A stretch of DNA of 64,000 bases from Candidatus Nomurabacteria bacterium RIFOXYD2_FULL_35_12 (GTDB taxonomy: Bacteria; Patescibacteriota; Minisyncoccia; Phycocordibacterales; UBA9973), in assembly GCA_001786365.1 (NCBI GenBank), contig MFWK01000022.1, forward strand, positions 15,087-79,086. The letters are read 5' to 3'. Positions within the stretch are counted from its first letter, which is position 1. Each line of letters opens with the position of its first letter. The notes below the pieces were generated by a model. It did no database searches. It was not told the DNA's origin and worked only from the letters and a program-made list of their open reading frames with translations. The position numbers were made by a program, and so were the translations under genes. This document shows, in pieces, positions 1 through 10,269 of the stretch.

Positions 1-1320
1 GTTATCTTTCCATTTGAAACCTTGCGCCAATGCTTTTTCTTTTGAAAGTGGCATATATTCGTTTACTATTGATTCATTATATGCAAATGGGCTCATCCAA
101 ATTGGAAAGAAGTTGCCCCAATCTCCATTTTTCTTCATGTTTTTAATAATTTGTGGAGCAAGTTTTTCATATTCTTCTTTTGAATATTGTTTATTTAAAA
201 TACAATATGATTTTTTACGAAGTCCATAACAACCAAAAATATTATTGCAATTAAAACATGCCTCAGAATAAAAAACATCGTGAGAATCAACAATAGTTTG
301 TGAACTAATAACTTTATTACTTCCTAATATTGTTAAACATTGATAGCATTCTGATAAATTTCCCGTAAAAGATATATCATAAGAATCTATGGCTTCACGA
401 ACAGTAAAGCAAAATCTCGAATTTTCGCCACTTTTTATGTCAAAAGAATTATGAATATTGTGACCATTATATATATGATTTCCTGAAACATTGTTATTAT
501 GCGAACCAAAAAAAGAACGCTGGGGAAGCTTTTTACGTAAAGTATTTTGTTCCTCTAAAATATATTCTAAGGTTGATTTTTCATTAAGTGGATGTTTAAT
601 TAAGAATTCTTTATATTCTTCTTTTGTAACAGGCTTATTAAAAATATAATAAGATTTATTTACTTGACCTACACAACCAATACAATTTAAACAATTTCTA
701 CAATCAAAAAGACCTATTCCATCGACACAAGCTTCGCATTCTTGCGAGTAAAAAAGTTTTGTGCTTCCTAGACAATCGATACATTCATAGCATGATTCAC
801 TTTTGAATAAATATAAGTTATCTAACGAATCTCTAGAATTCCAAACAATGTGTCCATAATCACAATCTTCATCATTTAAACCGCCGAAAATAAGATAACA
901 ATTTCTACTATTATCAATTTGATTAGAATATTGGCAATTTTCTGACCGCACACTCCAAATAGCAAGATGTGGGACCTTATTAAAAAGTTCTGAAATTTGA
1001 GTAAAAAAAGATTTTTTTAGATCAAGATTTATCCCGTAAGAGATGGCATCCCAATTGTCACTCCACCATTCTGTAATATCATAAACAGGAAAAGGCGCAT
1101 TAGGATTATAAGCTGAAATAATCATTTTACCCGACATACTTGATGGTCTTTTATAAAGTGTCTTAAAATTTCTAAAAAGTGTACGAAGTTGTTGACGACA
1201 TTCAGGACATTTTCCCGGCATTGGCACTTGTATTTTTTCATAAAATCCAAAATCATCTTCTTCTATAATGAATTTTTCTTTACAATTTTTACAATTTTTT
1301 ATTTCAGCTTCAGTTTTCAT
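1..1320 (-). CDS. Cys-rich multi-zinc-ribbon protein, paralog 1 (partial; C-terminal part lies beyond window start)
   Basis: Minus-strand ATG at 1320..1318 overlaps the purL stop (TAATG) and the frame stays open to position 1. Translation MKTEAEIKNCKNCKEKFIIEEDDFGFYEKIQVPMPGKCPECRQQLRTLFRN... shares the N-terminal CxxC..FYEK..CPECR motif and the internal CxxCxxCxGC...YCILNKQYSKEEYEKL repeats with ORFs 34418..36169 and 38054..39736. It is missing from the ORF track because it is truncated by the window edge. Confidence 0.6.
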   Translation of the reverse strand, partial: MKTEAEIKNCKNCKEKFIIEEDDFGFYEKIQVPMPGKCPECRQQLRTLFRNFKTLYKRPSSMSGKMIISAYNPNAPFPVYDITEWWSDNWDAISYGINLDLKKSFFTQISELFNKVPHLAIWSVRSENCQYSNQIDNSRNCYLIFGGLNDEDCDYGHIVWNSRDSLDNLYLFKSESCYECIDCLGSTKLFYSQECEACVDGIGLFDCRNCLNCIGCVGQVNKSYYIFNKPVTKEEYKEFLIKHPLNEKSTLEYILEEQNTLRKKLPQRSFFGSHNNNVSGNHIYNGHNIHNSFDIKSGENSRFCFTVREAIDSYDISFTGNLSECYQCLTILGSNKVISSQTIVDSHDVFYSEACFNCNNIFGCYGLRKKSYCILNKQYSKEEYEKLAPQIIKNMKKNGDWGNFFPIWMSPFAYNESIVNEYMPLSKEKALAQGFKWKDN

Positions 1321-4241
1321 TATTTTTGCGAATTAGAGAATTTGTGATAAATAGCAGTTAGTTTTTTTACAGTTGTTTCTACCACTTTTATAGTGGACAC
1401 TCGGTGTCCACTATTCTTAGTATCAGTAATAATAAACCTTCCCGCTGTTGTCACTTTCCCTAGTTTAACATAATAGATATCTTTCATTATTTTTTCAAAA
1501 ACTTTTACGTTTTTAGGAGCTACTGACACGAGTATCCTGCCTTGACTTTCGGAAAAAAGCTTGGCATCAGCTGTCAAACACCCGATGTTTGACACAGATA
1601 TATTGCATCCGATATTTCCTCCCACACAGGCTTTGGCTAAAGCAATTCCGAGTCCGCCAGAATTTACTGATATAGAAGAAGCTAAAAGTTCTTTCTGAAT
1701 AGCTTTTTCTGTAGCTAAATATGTTTTGATATTTTTTTCTAAATTAACTTTCGGTACACTATTACCAACTGCACCTAACATTTTAAAATATTCCCCTCCC
1801 CCGAGTTCGTCATTTGTTTCACCTAACAAATAAATTACATCTCCATTGTTTTTAAATTCAGGTGAAACGGTTTTGTATAAATCCGGCATTACACTTATTG
1901 CTGAAATTAAAAGTGTCGGTGGAATAGAAATAGCGACTTCATTGCCCTTTTCATCATAGCCTTTAAAATCATTAAACATGCTGTCTTTTCCTGATATAAA
2001 TGGTGTTCCATAGCCTATAGAGTAGTCATAACAGGCTTTTACGGCGTCTACGAGTTGTCCTAGGCGTTTTGGGTCATTTGATGAGCACCAACAGAAATTG
2101 TCCAAAATAGCGAGTTCTTTGAGGGTTCCACCACAAGCAATAGAATTTCTAATAGCAGTATCTAATGCGCAGGATGCCATGTGGTAGGTGCTGATGTCTC
2201 CATATGATGGATAAACTCCTGTTGATAAAACGACTCCTTTGTTTGAATTTAAAACTGGACGAAAGACTTGGGCGTCGGTATTTATTAGTCCAGCACCAGT
2301 GGTGGGTTTTAATACGGATGATGATTGCACTTCGTGGTCATATTGCTGTGAGATAAAATTAAATCCACTGATATTATTTTGGGCGAGCAGATTTTCAAGA
2401 GTTTTTGTAGAATTTTTATTCCCATCCTTATGGAGGAGGGGTGCAGGGGTGGTGATTTTATATGGCTCAGTAATTAAATGATGTTTTGGTAGGCCATTGT
2501 GCAGGAATTCCATATCTAAATTCATTATTTTTTTTCCTTGATAACTTATTACAACTTTTCCGGAATTAGTAAATTCACCTATTACTGTGGCTTCTACTCC
2601 ACGACTTTTCATTAAATTATAAAATATTTTCCATTTATTTTTTGGAACAGAGAGAGTCATACGTTCTTGTGATTCGGAAATCCAGATTTCCCAAGGACTT
2701 AAGCCAGGATATTTTAGTGGTACCTTATCTAAATATATTTTCACTCCTCCGCATTCCCTTGCCATTTCTGCCACAGATGAAGAGAGTCCACCTGCTCCAT
2801 CGTCGGTAATGCTGTTATATAAATTCATGTTGCGAGCCTCTTTGATTATCGCGTCGCTTAATTTCTTTTGAGTTATTGGATCACCGATTTGGACAGCGGT
2901 GGCAGGCGAAGTGGAGTCTATTCTTACCGAAGAAAACGTCGCCCCATGAATACCGTCGAGCCCAACTCTTCCACCAACCATGACTACATAATCTCCTGCT
3001 TGAGCTTTTTTCTCGTGAGAAGGTCGCTTTTTACCTCCATCTGCAGGTAAATTTCTGGGAATTAACCCTATTGTGCCAGCAAATACTAAAGGTTTACCCC
3101 TATATCTGTCATCATATTTTACAAATCCAGACAAAGTGGGTATTCCGGAGCAATTTCCACCAACATTTATTCCTTTTATTACGCCATCCATAATCCTTTT
3201 TGGAGAAAGCATTTTTTGTGTTTTTCCCTTATCTCGGAAAAGAGGCCTTTTATCATTTGGCTCACCAAAACAAAAACCATATGCATTTACCACTGGTTTA
3301 GACCCTAGTCCAAATCCTATTATGTCGCGATTTACTCCACCTATCCCTGTGACTGCCCCACCAAATGGGTCAAGAGCCGAAGGACTGTTGTGTGTTTCCA
3401 CTTTATGGGTGATTAAATAATTTTTATCAAAAATTATTCCGCCGGCGTTGTCAGAAAATACTGAAACACAGAAATCATCCTTGCCTTTTTGTTTTCGAAT
3501 CAAGTTTGTTGCACCTTTTATGTAAGTTTTATACAAGCCGTCCTTGATATCATCAATAGGATTAGCAAAAATCGTGTGTTTGCAGTGTTCGGACCATGTC
3601 TGTGCCAAAGACTCTAGCTCTATATCTGTGGGATTTCTTTTTAATTTAGAAAAATACTCTTTGATAACCTTCATTGAAGACAAATCTAGTGCTAGTGGCC
3701 CTCTGCGTGATCCATCTTCATTTTTTATCCCTTTTTCCCCTATTTCAATAAGTTCAGCATCTTCCACATCTAAAGATACACTTATAACTGGCTTTTTCTT
3801 TTTGAGAATAACTTTAGGAATTTCATTCGGTAAGTTTATTTTATTTGATTTTATAGGCACAATGTTAGCCCTTTCAATGAGCGGGTTATAAAGGGTTAAT
3901 GAATATTCTCGTACTTTTTCAATTTCTTTCTCTTTTATAAAGAAAATTTTTGAGGTGTATACATTAAAGTTAAAATCTTTTTTTAGATGAAGTAAATCAG
4001 TGGCAATTTCTTTGACTGTATGGCCGACATTGTCTGTAACACCCGGTAAAAAACCTATCTCAATAGCACATTGATAATTGTTTATTTTTGGAGATTCATT
4101 AATAAAGTAATCTTCTAATGTTGGATTAGTGAGCATTTCTGCGAGCTTTATGAGTTCTTTTTTAGATAATTTTGAGTCAATTAGATATGAATCTGCCTTG
4201 GTTGATACTTTTTTAGGCGCAATATATATCCGAGAAATCAT
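1320..4241 (-). CDS. purL: Phosphoribosylformylglycinamidine synthase, synthetase subunit (large-type PurL with N-terminal domain, no glutaminase domain)
   Basis: 973 aa. Hallmark motifs are present: AQTWSEHCKHTIF, and the AIR-synthase-related GATNLIRKQKGKDDF...THNSPSALDPFGGAVTGIGGVNRDI. Confidence 0.85.
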   Translation of the reverse strand: MISRIYIAPKKVSTKADSYLIDSKLSKKELIKLAEMLTNPTLEDYFINESPKINNYQCAIEIGFLPGVTDNVGHTVKEIATDLLHLKKDFNFNVYTSKIFFIKEKEIEKVREYSLTLYNPLIERANIVPIKSNKINLPNEIPKVILKKKKPVISVSLDVEDAELIEIGEKGIKNEDGSRRGPLALDLSSMKVIKEYFSKLKRNPTDIELESLAQTWSEHCKHTIFANPIDDIKDGLYKTYIKGATNLIRKQKGKDDFCVSVFSDNAGGIIFDKNYLITHKVETHNSPSALDPFGGAVTGIGGVNRDIIGFGLGSKPVVNAYGFCFGEPNDKRPLFRDKGKTQKMLSPKRIMDGVIKGINVGGNCSGIPTLSGFVKYDDRYRGKPLVFAGTIGLIPRNLPADGGKKRPSHEKKAQAGDYVVMVGGRVGLDGIHGATFSSVRIDSTSPATAVQIGDPITQKKLSDAIIKEARNMNLYNSITDDGAGGLSSSVAEMARECGGVKIYLDKVPLKYPGLSPWEIWISESQERMTLSVPKNKWKIFYNLMKSRGVEATVIGEFTNSGKVVISYQGKKIMNLDMEFLHNGLPKHHLITEPYKITTPAPLLHKDGNKNSTKTLENLLAQNNISGFNFISQQYDHEVQSSSVLKPTTGAGLINTDAQVFRPVLNSNKGVVLSTGVYPSYGDISTYHMASCALDTAIRNSIACGGTLKELAILDNFCWCSSNDPKRLGQLVDAVKACYDYSIGYGTPFISGKDSMFNDFKGYDEKGNEVAISIPPTLLISAISVMPDLYKTVSPEFKNNGDVIYLLGETNDELGGGEYFKMLGAVGNSVPKVNLEKNIKTYLATEKAIQKELLASSISVNSGGLGIALAKACVGGNIGCNISVSNIGCLTADAKLFSESQGRILVSVAPKNVKVFEKIMKDIYYVKLGKVTTAGRFIITDTKNSGHRVSTIKVVETTVKKLTAIYHKFSNSQK

Positions 4242-4281
4242 ATAGACATATTAATATATCTATAGGCTAAAGACAAATAAA

Positions 4282-5118
4282 TTATTTTTTATTATCGTGT
4301 AAGAAACGAACCCAGTTATTATAGAAAACTTGGCCGTTGGCGCCCCATGTTTTTGCTGGAAACTTCTTGTCATCATTATTTGGGAAATAGTGCAATGGAA
4401 CATTTATCTTGATTCCTTTATTTTTATCTCGAAAATATTCTCCACCAATATCATCGCGATCATATTCTGGATGACCTTGGATATATATCTCTCGGCCTTT
4501 TCTGCCGACAATAATGTGTGGTCCTACTTCAGGGCTTTCAACGAGAATTTCTAAATCTTTACATTTTTCAATAAGTTTTTTATTTTCTCCACGCCAACGT
4601 GAATGTGGAGCAAAGATTTGTTCATCCATGCCTTTAATAAATGGCGAATTTGATGCAATATCTACCTTGTGGTCAAAGATTCCAAACTGCTTGCAAGTAT
4701 TCATTACAGGCTCAATATTATAGAAATATTTAAGCGCAGCATGTGTAGCCCAACAGCTGTAAATAGTAGAAGAAACATTTTTTCTAACCCAATCAAGGAA
4801 TGAAGTGAACTCTTTCCAATATTTTACTTCTTCAAAAGAAACTTGTTCGAGGTTGGCCCCAGTAATTATCAGCCCATCGAGCCCATGTTTTTCAATGTCT
4901 GCAATTTTCTCGTAGTTTTTGTCAAAATATTCTTGATTGGAGTTTGATTTATGTTTATCAAAATAAAAGAAAATAGGTTTTACTGGAAATGGAGCGTTCT
5001 CAAGAAAATATTTGAACTGCTTTTCGGTACGTTCTACGACAGCGCTCGGCATAAGCATAAGAATACCCACTTGGAGCGGTGTTATACTCTTTTCTTTCGT
5101 TGTTTTTTTATCAGTCAT
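4282..5118 (-). CDS. metA: Homoserine O-acyltransferase (MetA/HTS family)
   Basis: 278 aa. Strong MetA motifs: PLQVGILMLMP, GLDGLIITGA, SCWATHAAL (catalytic Cys), APHSRW, QGHPEYD, HYFPNND. Confidence 0.8.
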   Translation of the reverse strand: MTDKKTTKEKSITPLQVGILMLMPSAVVERTEKQFKYFLENAPFPVKPIFFYFDKHKSNSNQEYFDKNYEKIADIEKHGLDGLIITGANLEQVSFEEVKYWKEFTSFLDWVRKNVSSTIYSCWATHAALKYFYNIEPVMNTCKQFGIFDHKVDIASNSPFIKGMDEQIFAPHSRWRGENKKLIEKCKDLEILVESPEVGPHIIVGRKGREIYIQGHPEYDRDDIGGEYFRDKNKGIKINVPLHYFPNNDDKKFPAKTWGANGQVFYNNWVRFLHDNKK

Positions 5119-5123
5119 GTTTG

Positions 5124-5690
5124 CTATCTTATCATAATTACAGAACCATCAGGTAAAGTTTTTTGTGCATCATTAAAACCTATTGCTTGTGCAAATCCTA
5201 TACTTCCGGCGTTTTCTTTTTTAATTACTGCTGAAAATTTAACATTAGGTATCTTGGAAGCATAAATATTCATTGCAAACTTTCCAAATTCTTTCATTAA
5301 TCCTTTACCTCGAAATTCTGGATAAGCGCGCCATGCGGATGCATGAAAATCCTCTTTTATTTCGTCTAATGATTTAGGTCCGAACCAAATTATGGCCGCT
5401 AATTTATTTGTATTTTTTTGCACAAGTACAAAAGGAGTTCTATTTTTCTTATACCAATCTTCATATTTTCCAAGCCCGAAACGTTTTCTATCGGAAGTAT
5501 TCTTTTGGATTTCTATGTCACTCTCATCTAATGACAATGCTTTTAATTGAATGACTTTTTCTTTATCCAAGCCCACAAAAACAGAAAAATTATCTCCTTC
5601 TTTACTTGTCGCATCTGCGATATTTATATTCGTATACATAAGCAAAGGCAAACTCGGCAATACTATATTTTCTTTTTGATTTATTATCAT
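5124..5690 (-). CDS. GNAT-family N-acetyltransferase (putative)
   Basis: 188 aa. Acetyl-CoA binding-like motif RGKGLMKEFGKFAM; size and context fit GNAT. Confidence 0.5.
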   Translation of the reverse strand: MIINQKENIVLPSLPLLMYTNINIADATSKEGDNFSVFVGLDKEKVIQLKALSLDESDIEIQKNTSDRKRFGLGKYEDWYKKNRTPFVLVQKNTNKLAAIIWFGPKSLDEIKEDFHASAWRAYPEFRGKGLMKEFGKFAMNIYASKIPNVKFSAVIKKENAGSIGFAQAIGFNDAQKTLPDGSVIMIR

Positions 5691-5716
5691 AGTTATAAGA
5701 TTATATCATAATTTTT

Positions 5717-7591
5717 TTACTCCACAGTCACGCTTTTGGCCAGATTGCGGGGTTTGTCGACATCGTTACCTCTTTCTACTGATATATAGTATGCCAAAAG
5801 TTGCATTGGAACAAAAGCCAAGATTGGAGTCAGGATTTCAAGAGTCTTTGGAATATATATCACGTCATCAGCTATATTATTTAATTCTTTATTGCCTTCA
5901 GTTGTGAGTGCGATGACTATACCTCCACGAGCTTTTATTTCTTGGATATGAGATTTATTTTTTTCATACATACTATCTATTGGCGCGATAACGAGCGAAG
6001 GAAAATCCTTATCAATTAAAGAAATCGGTCCATGCTTTAGTTCTGCAGAATTGCATCCTTCGGCATGAATATATGAACATTCTTTTAATTTTAATGCTCC
6101 TTCCATCGCTGCACCAGTATTATATTTACGTCCTAGAAAGAAAAAGTTTTCACTCTTTTTATATTTTTTTGCAAGCTGTTTTATGTGTTTAGAATTTTTT
6201 AAAATAATTTCTACTAGAGCTGGAAGTTTCTCTATTTCTTTCAAGATTTCCTGACTTTTATTTTTTGAAAGATTGCCGCGCATTCTTCCTAAATAAATTG
6301 CGAGCATAATTAAAAGGAGAACTTGCGAGGTGGATGCTTTTGTTGAGGCTACAGCAGTTTCTGGTCCAATATGATTGTAAATACCGGCATCGACTTCCCT
6401 TGCTATGGTTGACCCTATAACATTCACGACGCCGAGCGTTAGCATCTTATCTCTTTTTGCTTTTTTGATGGCATTTAATGTGTCGGCGGTTTCGCCAGAT
6501 TGCGAAATTGCGATTAATCCAGCCCTATAAGGTGTCGCAACATCACGATAAGTGAATTCTGAACCATATTCTACTTTTGTTCTTATTCCAGACAACTCTT
6601 CGATGGCATATTCACCTATTAAACCAGCAAAACGAGCTGTTCCCATTCCCACTATTGTGAGATGATTTAAATTTTCTAATTCTTTTTTAAATTTTTCCAA
6701 GCCCCCAAATTTAACATTCCCTTTTTCCAACACAATTCTTCCACGCATAGTGTTTCTTAGAGATTCTGGCTGTTCAAATATTTCTTTCAACATAAAATGT
6801 GGAAAACCACCTTTTTCTAGTTCTTCTATTTTTATTTTTAATTGATGAATGTAAGGAATCTTTACGGTTTTATCTGTTATTGTTTTTATTTTTAAATTAA
6901 ATTTTTTGTTTTTATTATTTATTACAGCCATTTCTCCGTCTTCTAAATAAATAACTTTTTTTGTGTGCTCAATGATGGGTGTAGCGTCAGAAGCAATAAA
7001 AAACTCATTTTTTCCTACTCCAATAACGACAGGACTGCCGAGCTTGGCTATTACCATAGTGTCCGGTTCTTCTTTTGAGATAACTAATATGGCATAAGCT
7101 CCATTTACTTCATTTAATGCCAACCGTACAGCCTCATCAATGGATACTTTTGCATGTTTTTTTACATCTTCAATTAAATTTGCCAAAACTTCGGTATCGG
7201 TATCGCTTTTAAACTTATATCCTTTATTAATTAATATCTTTTTTATAGAAAGATAATTTTCAATAATGCCATTGTGCACTATCGCAATCGTCCCATCATT
7301 TGATAAATGCGGATGAGCATTTGAATCTGAAGGTATACCATGTGTGGCCCAACGTGTGTGTGCTATGCCTATTTTTCCAGAAAGATTTTTTTTAATTTCT
7401 TCTTTATTTAAATTTTTTATAAATTTAGACAACTCTACTACTTTGCCTTTCTTTTTACAGACAAAAAAAGCTCTGTCATTCATTAAAGCAATTCCCGCAG
7501 AATCATATCCGCGATATTCGAGGCGTTCTAATCCCTTGATTAAAATAGGCCAAGCTTCCTTTTTCCCAATGTATCCGACAATGCCACACAT
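5717..7591 (-). CDS. glmS: Glutamine--fructose-6-phosphate aminotransferase
   Basis: 624 aa. N-terminal MCGIVGYIG (Ntn amidotransferase) followed by two SIS domains. Confidence 0.9.
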   Translation of the reverse strand: MCGIVGYIGKKEAWPILIKGLERLEYRGYDSAGIALMNDRAFFVCKKKGKVVELSKFIKNLNKEEIKKNLSGKIGIAHTRWATHGIPSDSNAHPHLSNDGTIAIVHNGIIENYLSIKKILINKGYKFKSDTDTEVLANLIEDVKKHAKVSIDEAVRLALNEVNGAYAILVISKEEPDTMVIAKLGSPVVIGVGKNEFFIASDATPIIEHTKKVIYLEDGEMAVINNKNKKFNLKIKTITDKTVKIPYIHQLKIKIEELEKGGFPHFMLKEIFEQPESLRNTMRGRIVLEKGNVKFGGLEKFKKELENLNHLTIVGMGTARFAGLIGEYAIEELSGIRTKVEYGSEFTYRDVATPYRAGLIAISQSGETADTLNAIKKAKRDKMLTLGVVNVIGSTIAREVDAGIYNHIGPETAVASTKASTSQVLLLIMLAIYLGRMRGNLSKNKSQEILKEIEKLPALVEIILKNSKHIKQLAKKYKKSENFFFLGRKYNTGAAMEGALKLKECSYIHAEGCNSAELKHGPISLIDKDFPSLVIAPIDSMYEKNKSHIQEIKARGGIVIALTTEGNKELNNIADDVIYIPKTLEILTPILAFVPMQLLAYYISVERGNDVDKPRNLAKSVTVE

Positions 7592-7597
7592 GACAAA

Positions 7598-8611
7598 ATG
7601 ATAGCAAAATTCATTGATTTAGGCTATTATTTAATGATGAAAAATATTGTTAATATCGGCGGTGGAACTGGAAGATATACTGTTTTATCTGGCCTTAAGA
7701 ATATTCCAAACATTTCCCTTACAGCCCTTGTCACTATGGCTGATGATGGCGGATCTACTGGCGTACTTATGGATGAACTAGGTGTCTTGCCTCCTGGAGA
7801 TGTAAGGCAATGCCTTGTAGCTCTTTCCGAGCACAGTGATGTGGTGCGTAAATTAATGAATTATAGATTTGAAAATGGAGGACTTGGTGGGCATAATTTC
7901 GGCAATATTTTCCTAGCAGCGCTGGAAAAAGTTACTGGGGATTTTGCTAAGGGTGTAGAAATTGCCTCAGAAATTCTAAAAGTAAAAGGTAAAGTGATAC
8001 CGATAACAAAAGACAGGGCAAAATTATCTGTTTCATTTTTAAATGGAAAATCTGCCGAGGGTGAAAATAGAATTGACCACATGAATCTACAGAAGTCTGG
8101 GGTTGATAATATTTTTTATAAAGACAAAGTAAAACTAAATGAAAATGCTAAACGCGCAATCCTAAAAGCAGATTATATAATCCTTGGCCCTGGTGATTAT
8201 TTTACTTCCATAATTCCGAATTTAATTGTGAATGGTTTTAAAGAAGCATTTAAAAAAAGTAAAGCGAAGATAATTCTACCGATAAATCTCACAAATAAAA
8301 AAGGCCATACGACGCACTGGAAAGTGAGCGACTATGTAAAATTTATGGAAAAATATCTTGAAAAGCCTGTTGATTTTATTCTCGTTAATACCGAGATGCC
8401 TTCCAAAGAGCAGATAAAAAAATACAAGATAAAAGAAGGAGACGATGTGCTCGTAGAGGATGATTTTAAAGATTCGAGAGTAATTAGAGGATCTCTTTTA
8501 TCACATGCATCTATTGTAAGCAACAAAGCCGATAAATTAGCTGATACACGAAGTTTTATTCGTCACGATTCAGAAAAATTAGCAGAGTGTATTAATAAAA
8601 TAATTTCTTAA
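7598..8611 (+). CDS. YvcK/CofD-like (UPF0052) gluconeogenesis-factor family protein
   Basis: 337 aa. MKNIVNIGGGTGRYTVLSGLK...TMADDGGSTG...PPGDVRQCLVAL is typical of the YvcK/CofD family. Divergent from glmS. Confidence 0.7.
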   Translation: MIAKFIDLGYYLMMKNIVNIGGGTGRYTVLSGLKNIPNISLTALVTMADDGGSTGVLMDELGVLPPGDVRQCLVALSEHSDVVRKLMNYRFENGGLGGHNFGNIFLAALEKVTGDFAKGVEIASEILKVKGKVIPITKDRAKLSVSFLNGKSAEGENRIDHMNLQKSGVDNIFYKDKVKLNENAKRAILKADYIILGPGDYFTSIIPNLIVNGFKEAFKKSKAKIILPINLTNKKGHTTHWKVSDYVKFMEKYLEKPVDFILVNTEMPSKEQIKKYKIKEGDDVLVEDDFKDSRVIRGSLLSHASIVSNKADKLADTRSFIRHDSEKLAECINKIIS

Positions 8612-8612
8612 T

Positions 8613-9170
8613 ATGAAATTTATTTTTGATTTTGATGATGTGTTGTTTAATAATACGAGACTATTCAAAGAACATATGTATTTGTGTTTAGAAAAAGCTG
8701 GTGTATCACGTAGTAAAGCAGAAGAATATTATAAAACTGTAAGAGAAAATCAATTAAATGGTATTTGGTTGAAAAAATTACTCGCTCATTTCTCTCTAAA
8801 AGATGATTTATATGAAAAAATTTTAGGTAAAAGTAAAGATTTTATAAATAAAGAATTATTATTATTAATAAAAAAGATAGGGAAAGAGAATTGTTATATT
8901 GTGACTCATGGATACGAAGAATGGCAAAGAGATAAAATTAAAAGAGTTTGTATTGAACCGTTTTTCTCTGAAATTGTTGTAGTTCAAGGAACTAAGAATG
9001 AAGCTGTAGAGAAAATATGTGCTAAGCATAAAGATGAGGAAGTAGTATTTATAGATGATAAAGCTAAACATTTTGAAAATTTGGATTTCAAAAAATGTTC
9101 CAACCTAAAAACTATTCTTTTTGATGATGAAGGTTTAGGGAAATTAAAAGCTATTTTATCATCCGAGTAA
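8613..9170 (+). CDS. HAD-superfamily hydrolase (putative)
   Basis: 185 aa. N-terminal FDFDDVL (DxD motif I) and a later VFIDDK (motif IV-like). Confidence 0.5.
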   Translation: MKFIFDFDDVLFNNTRLFKEHMYLCLEKAGVSRSKAEEYYKTVRENQLNGIWLKKLLAHFSLKDDLYEKILGKSKDFINKELLLLIKKIGKENCYIVTHGYEEWQRDKIKRVCIEPFFSEIVVVQGTKNEAVEKICAKHKDEEVVFIDDKAKHFENLDFKKCSNLKTILFDDEGLGKLKAILSSE

Positions 9171-10239
9171 GCACTAGATCTGTATCAGTCAATATCACAT
9201 TGAATCGTAAAATACCAATGGTTTGATTTTGTTCTGTTTTTATGTTTACTCTCCATTTTCCAGTCGTTAAATTTGTGCGCATTGAATATGTTCGGAAACC
9301 GCCACCACGTCCACCATTTACAGAAAGATTTATAAGACTTTCAGTTGTCCATTTCCTTGATGCTTCATTATAGTGTTGCCACTCATGTACTATGTTTAGA
9401 TTTATGTCTTTTGGAGAAAAAATAGCGCTAAAAGCATATATGGGCTTTCCTAGAGTCTCTTTAAAGTCCGGATATAGCTTGAAATACCCTCTCCAACCTT
9501 GATTTTCATAAGTAACATCATAATTTCCTTCTGCATTTTTTTGAATTGAATGATATGCGCCGGCATCTTTTAAAGAAAGAGGAATGGGTGGAATTAAATT
9601 AGTAAAATATAAAGCATTAATTAGTGTAAAAATACCTGAAATTAATAAAATTATTAATCTTCTACTCTGAAAGTATTTATCTTTTATTAAATAAATTAAA
9701 ATTTTAATAAAAACAAAAATAAAGATTAAACTAAAAAGTCCAGCAAGTAAAAACATCCATACGCTTATTTGGCGGAAAATAATCGGCACTAAAAAAATCA
9801 TAAATGAATAAATAGAAAGGAAGAATAAACTTATTTGAAAACTAAGCCTAATATAATGTCTTTTCAAAGATTCATTTGCAATAAAAGCAATAACAAGCAA
9901 GGCAATAAACGGCCAAGTGGTAAAAATATCAGAACTTCTAAAATAAAATACTAGATAAGCTGAAAGAGTTCCTCCAAAGAAAAATTGTAATATATTTACA
10001 TACCAAAAATGAGCTTTTTTTGGATTCCCTTCACTTCCTGCCTCATTCTCTTTGATATGAATTAGTATTATAAAAATCCCAAGTATAATTAAATGCCCTA
10101 AAATCCAGACATTTTCAAATAGAGTGTCTACGCGCCGAAGCGTAAAAGCATCAAAAACGAATCCTAAAATAAGTGACAAAGATGAAATAGGACGTTCAAA
10201 TCGTCCATAAAAATTACGAATAGGTTCTATAAAAAACAT
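9151..10239 (-). CDS. Integral membrane protein with C-terminal extracytoplasmic domain (hypothetical)
   Basis: 362 aa. Several hydrophobic helices in the N-terminal two thirds and a Gly-rich soluble C-terminal domain. No recognisable catalytic motif. Confidence 0.4.
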   Translation of the reverse strand: MFFIEPIRNFYGRFERPISSLSLILGFVFDAFTLRRVDTLFENVWILGHLIILGIFIILIHIKENEAGSEGNPKKAHFWYVNILQFFFGGTLSAYLVFYFRSSDIFTTWPFIALLVIAFIANESLKRHYIRLSFQISLFFLSIYSFMIFLVPIIFRQISVWMFLLAGLFSLIFIFVFIKILIYLIKDKYFQSRRLIILLISGIFTLINALYFTNLIPPIPLSLKDAGAYHSIQKNAEGNYDVTYENQGWRGYFKLYPDFKETLGKPIYAFSAIFSPKDINLNIVHEWQHYNEASRKWTTESLINLSVNGGRGGGFRTYSMRTNLTTGKWRVNIKTEQNQTIGILRFNVILTDTDLVLTRMIK

Positions 10240-10269
10240 GTTTTTAGTATAACATCAATAAAGATATTT

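Noticed and set aside
14-229. 71-aa plus-strand ORF at the window start
   Set aside because: It lies wholly inside the minus-strand Cys-rich paralog 1 coding region, which has strong paralog support. Antisense chance ORF.
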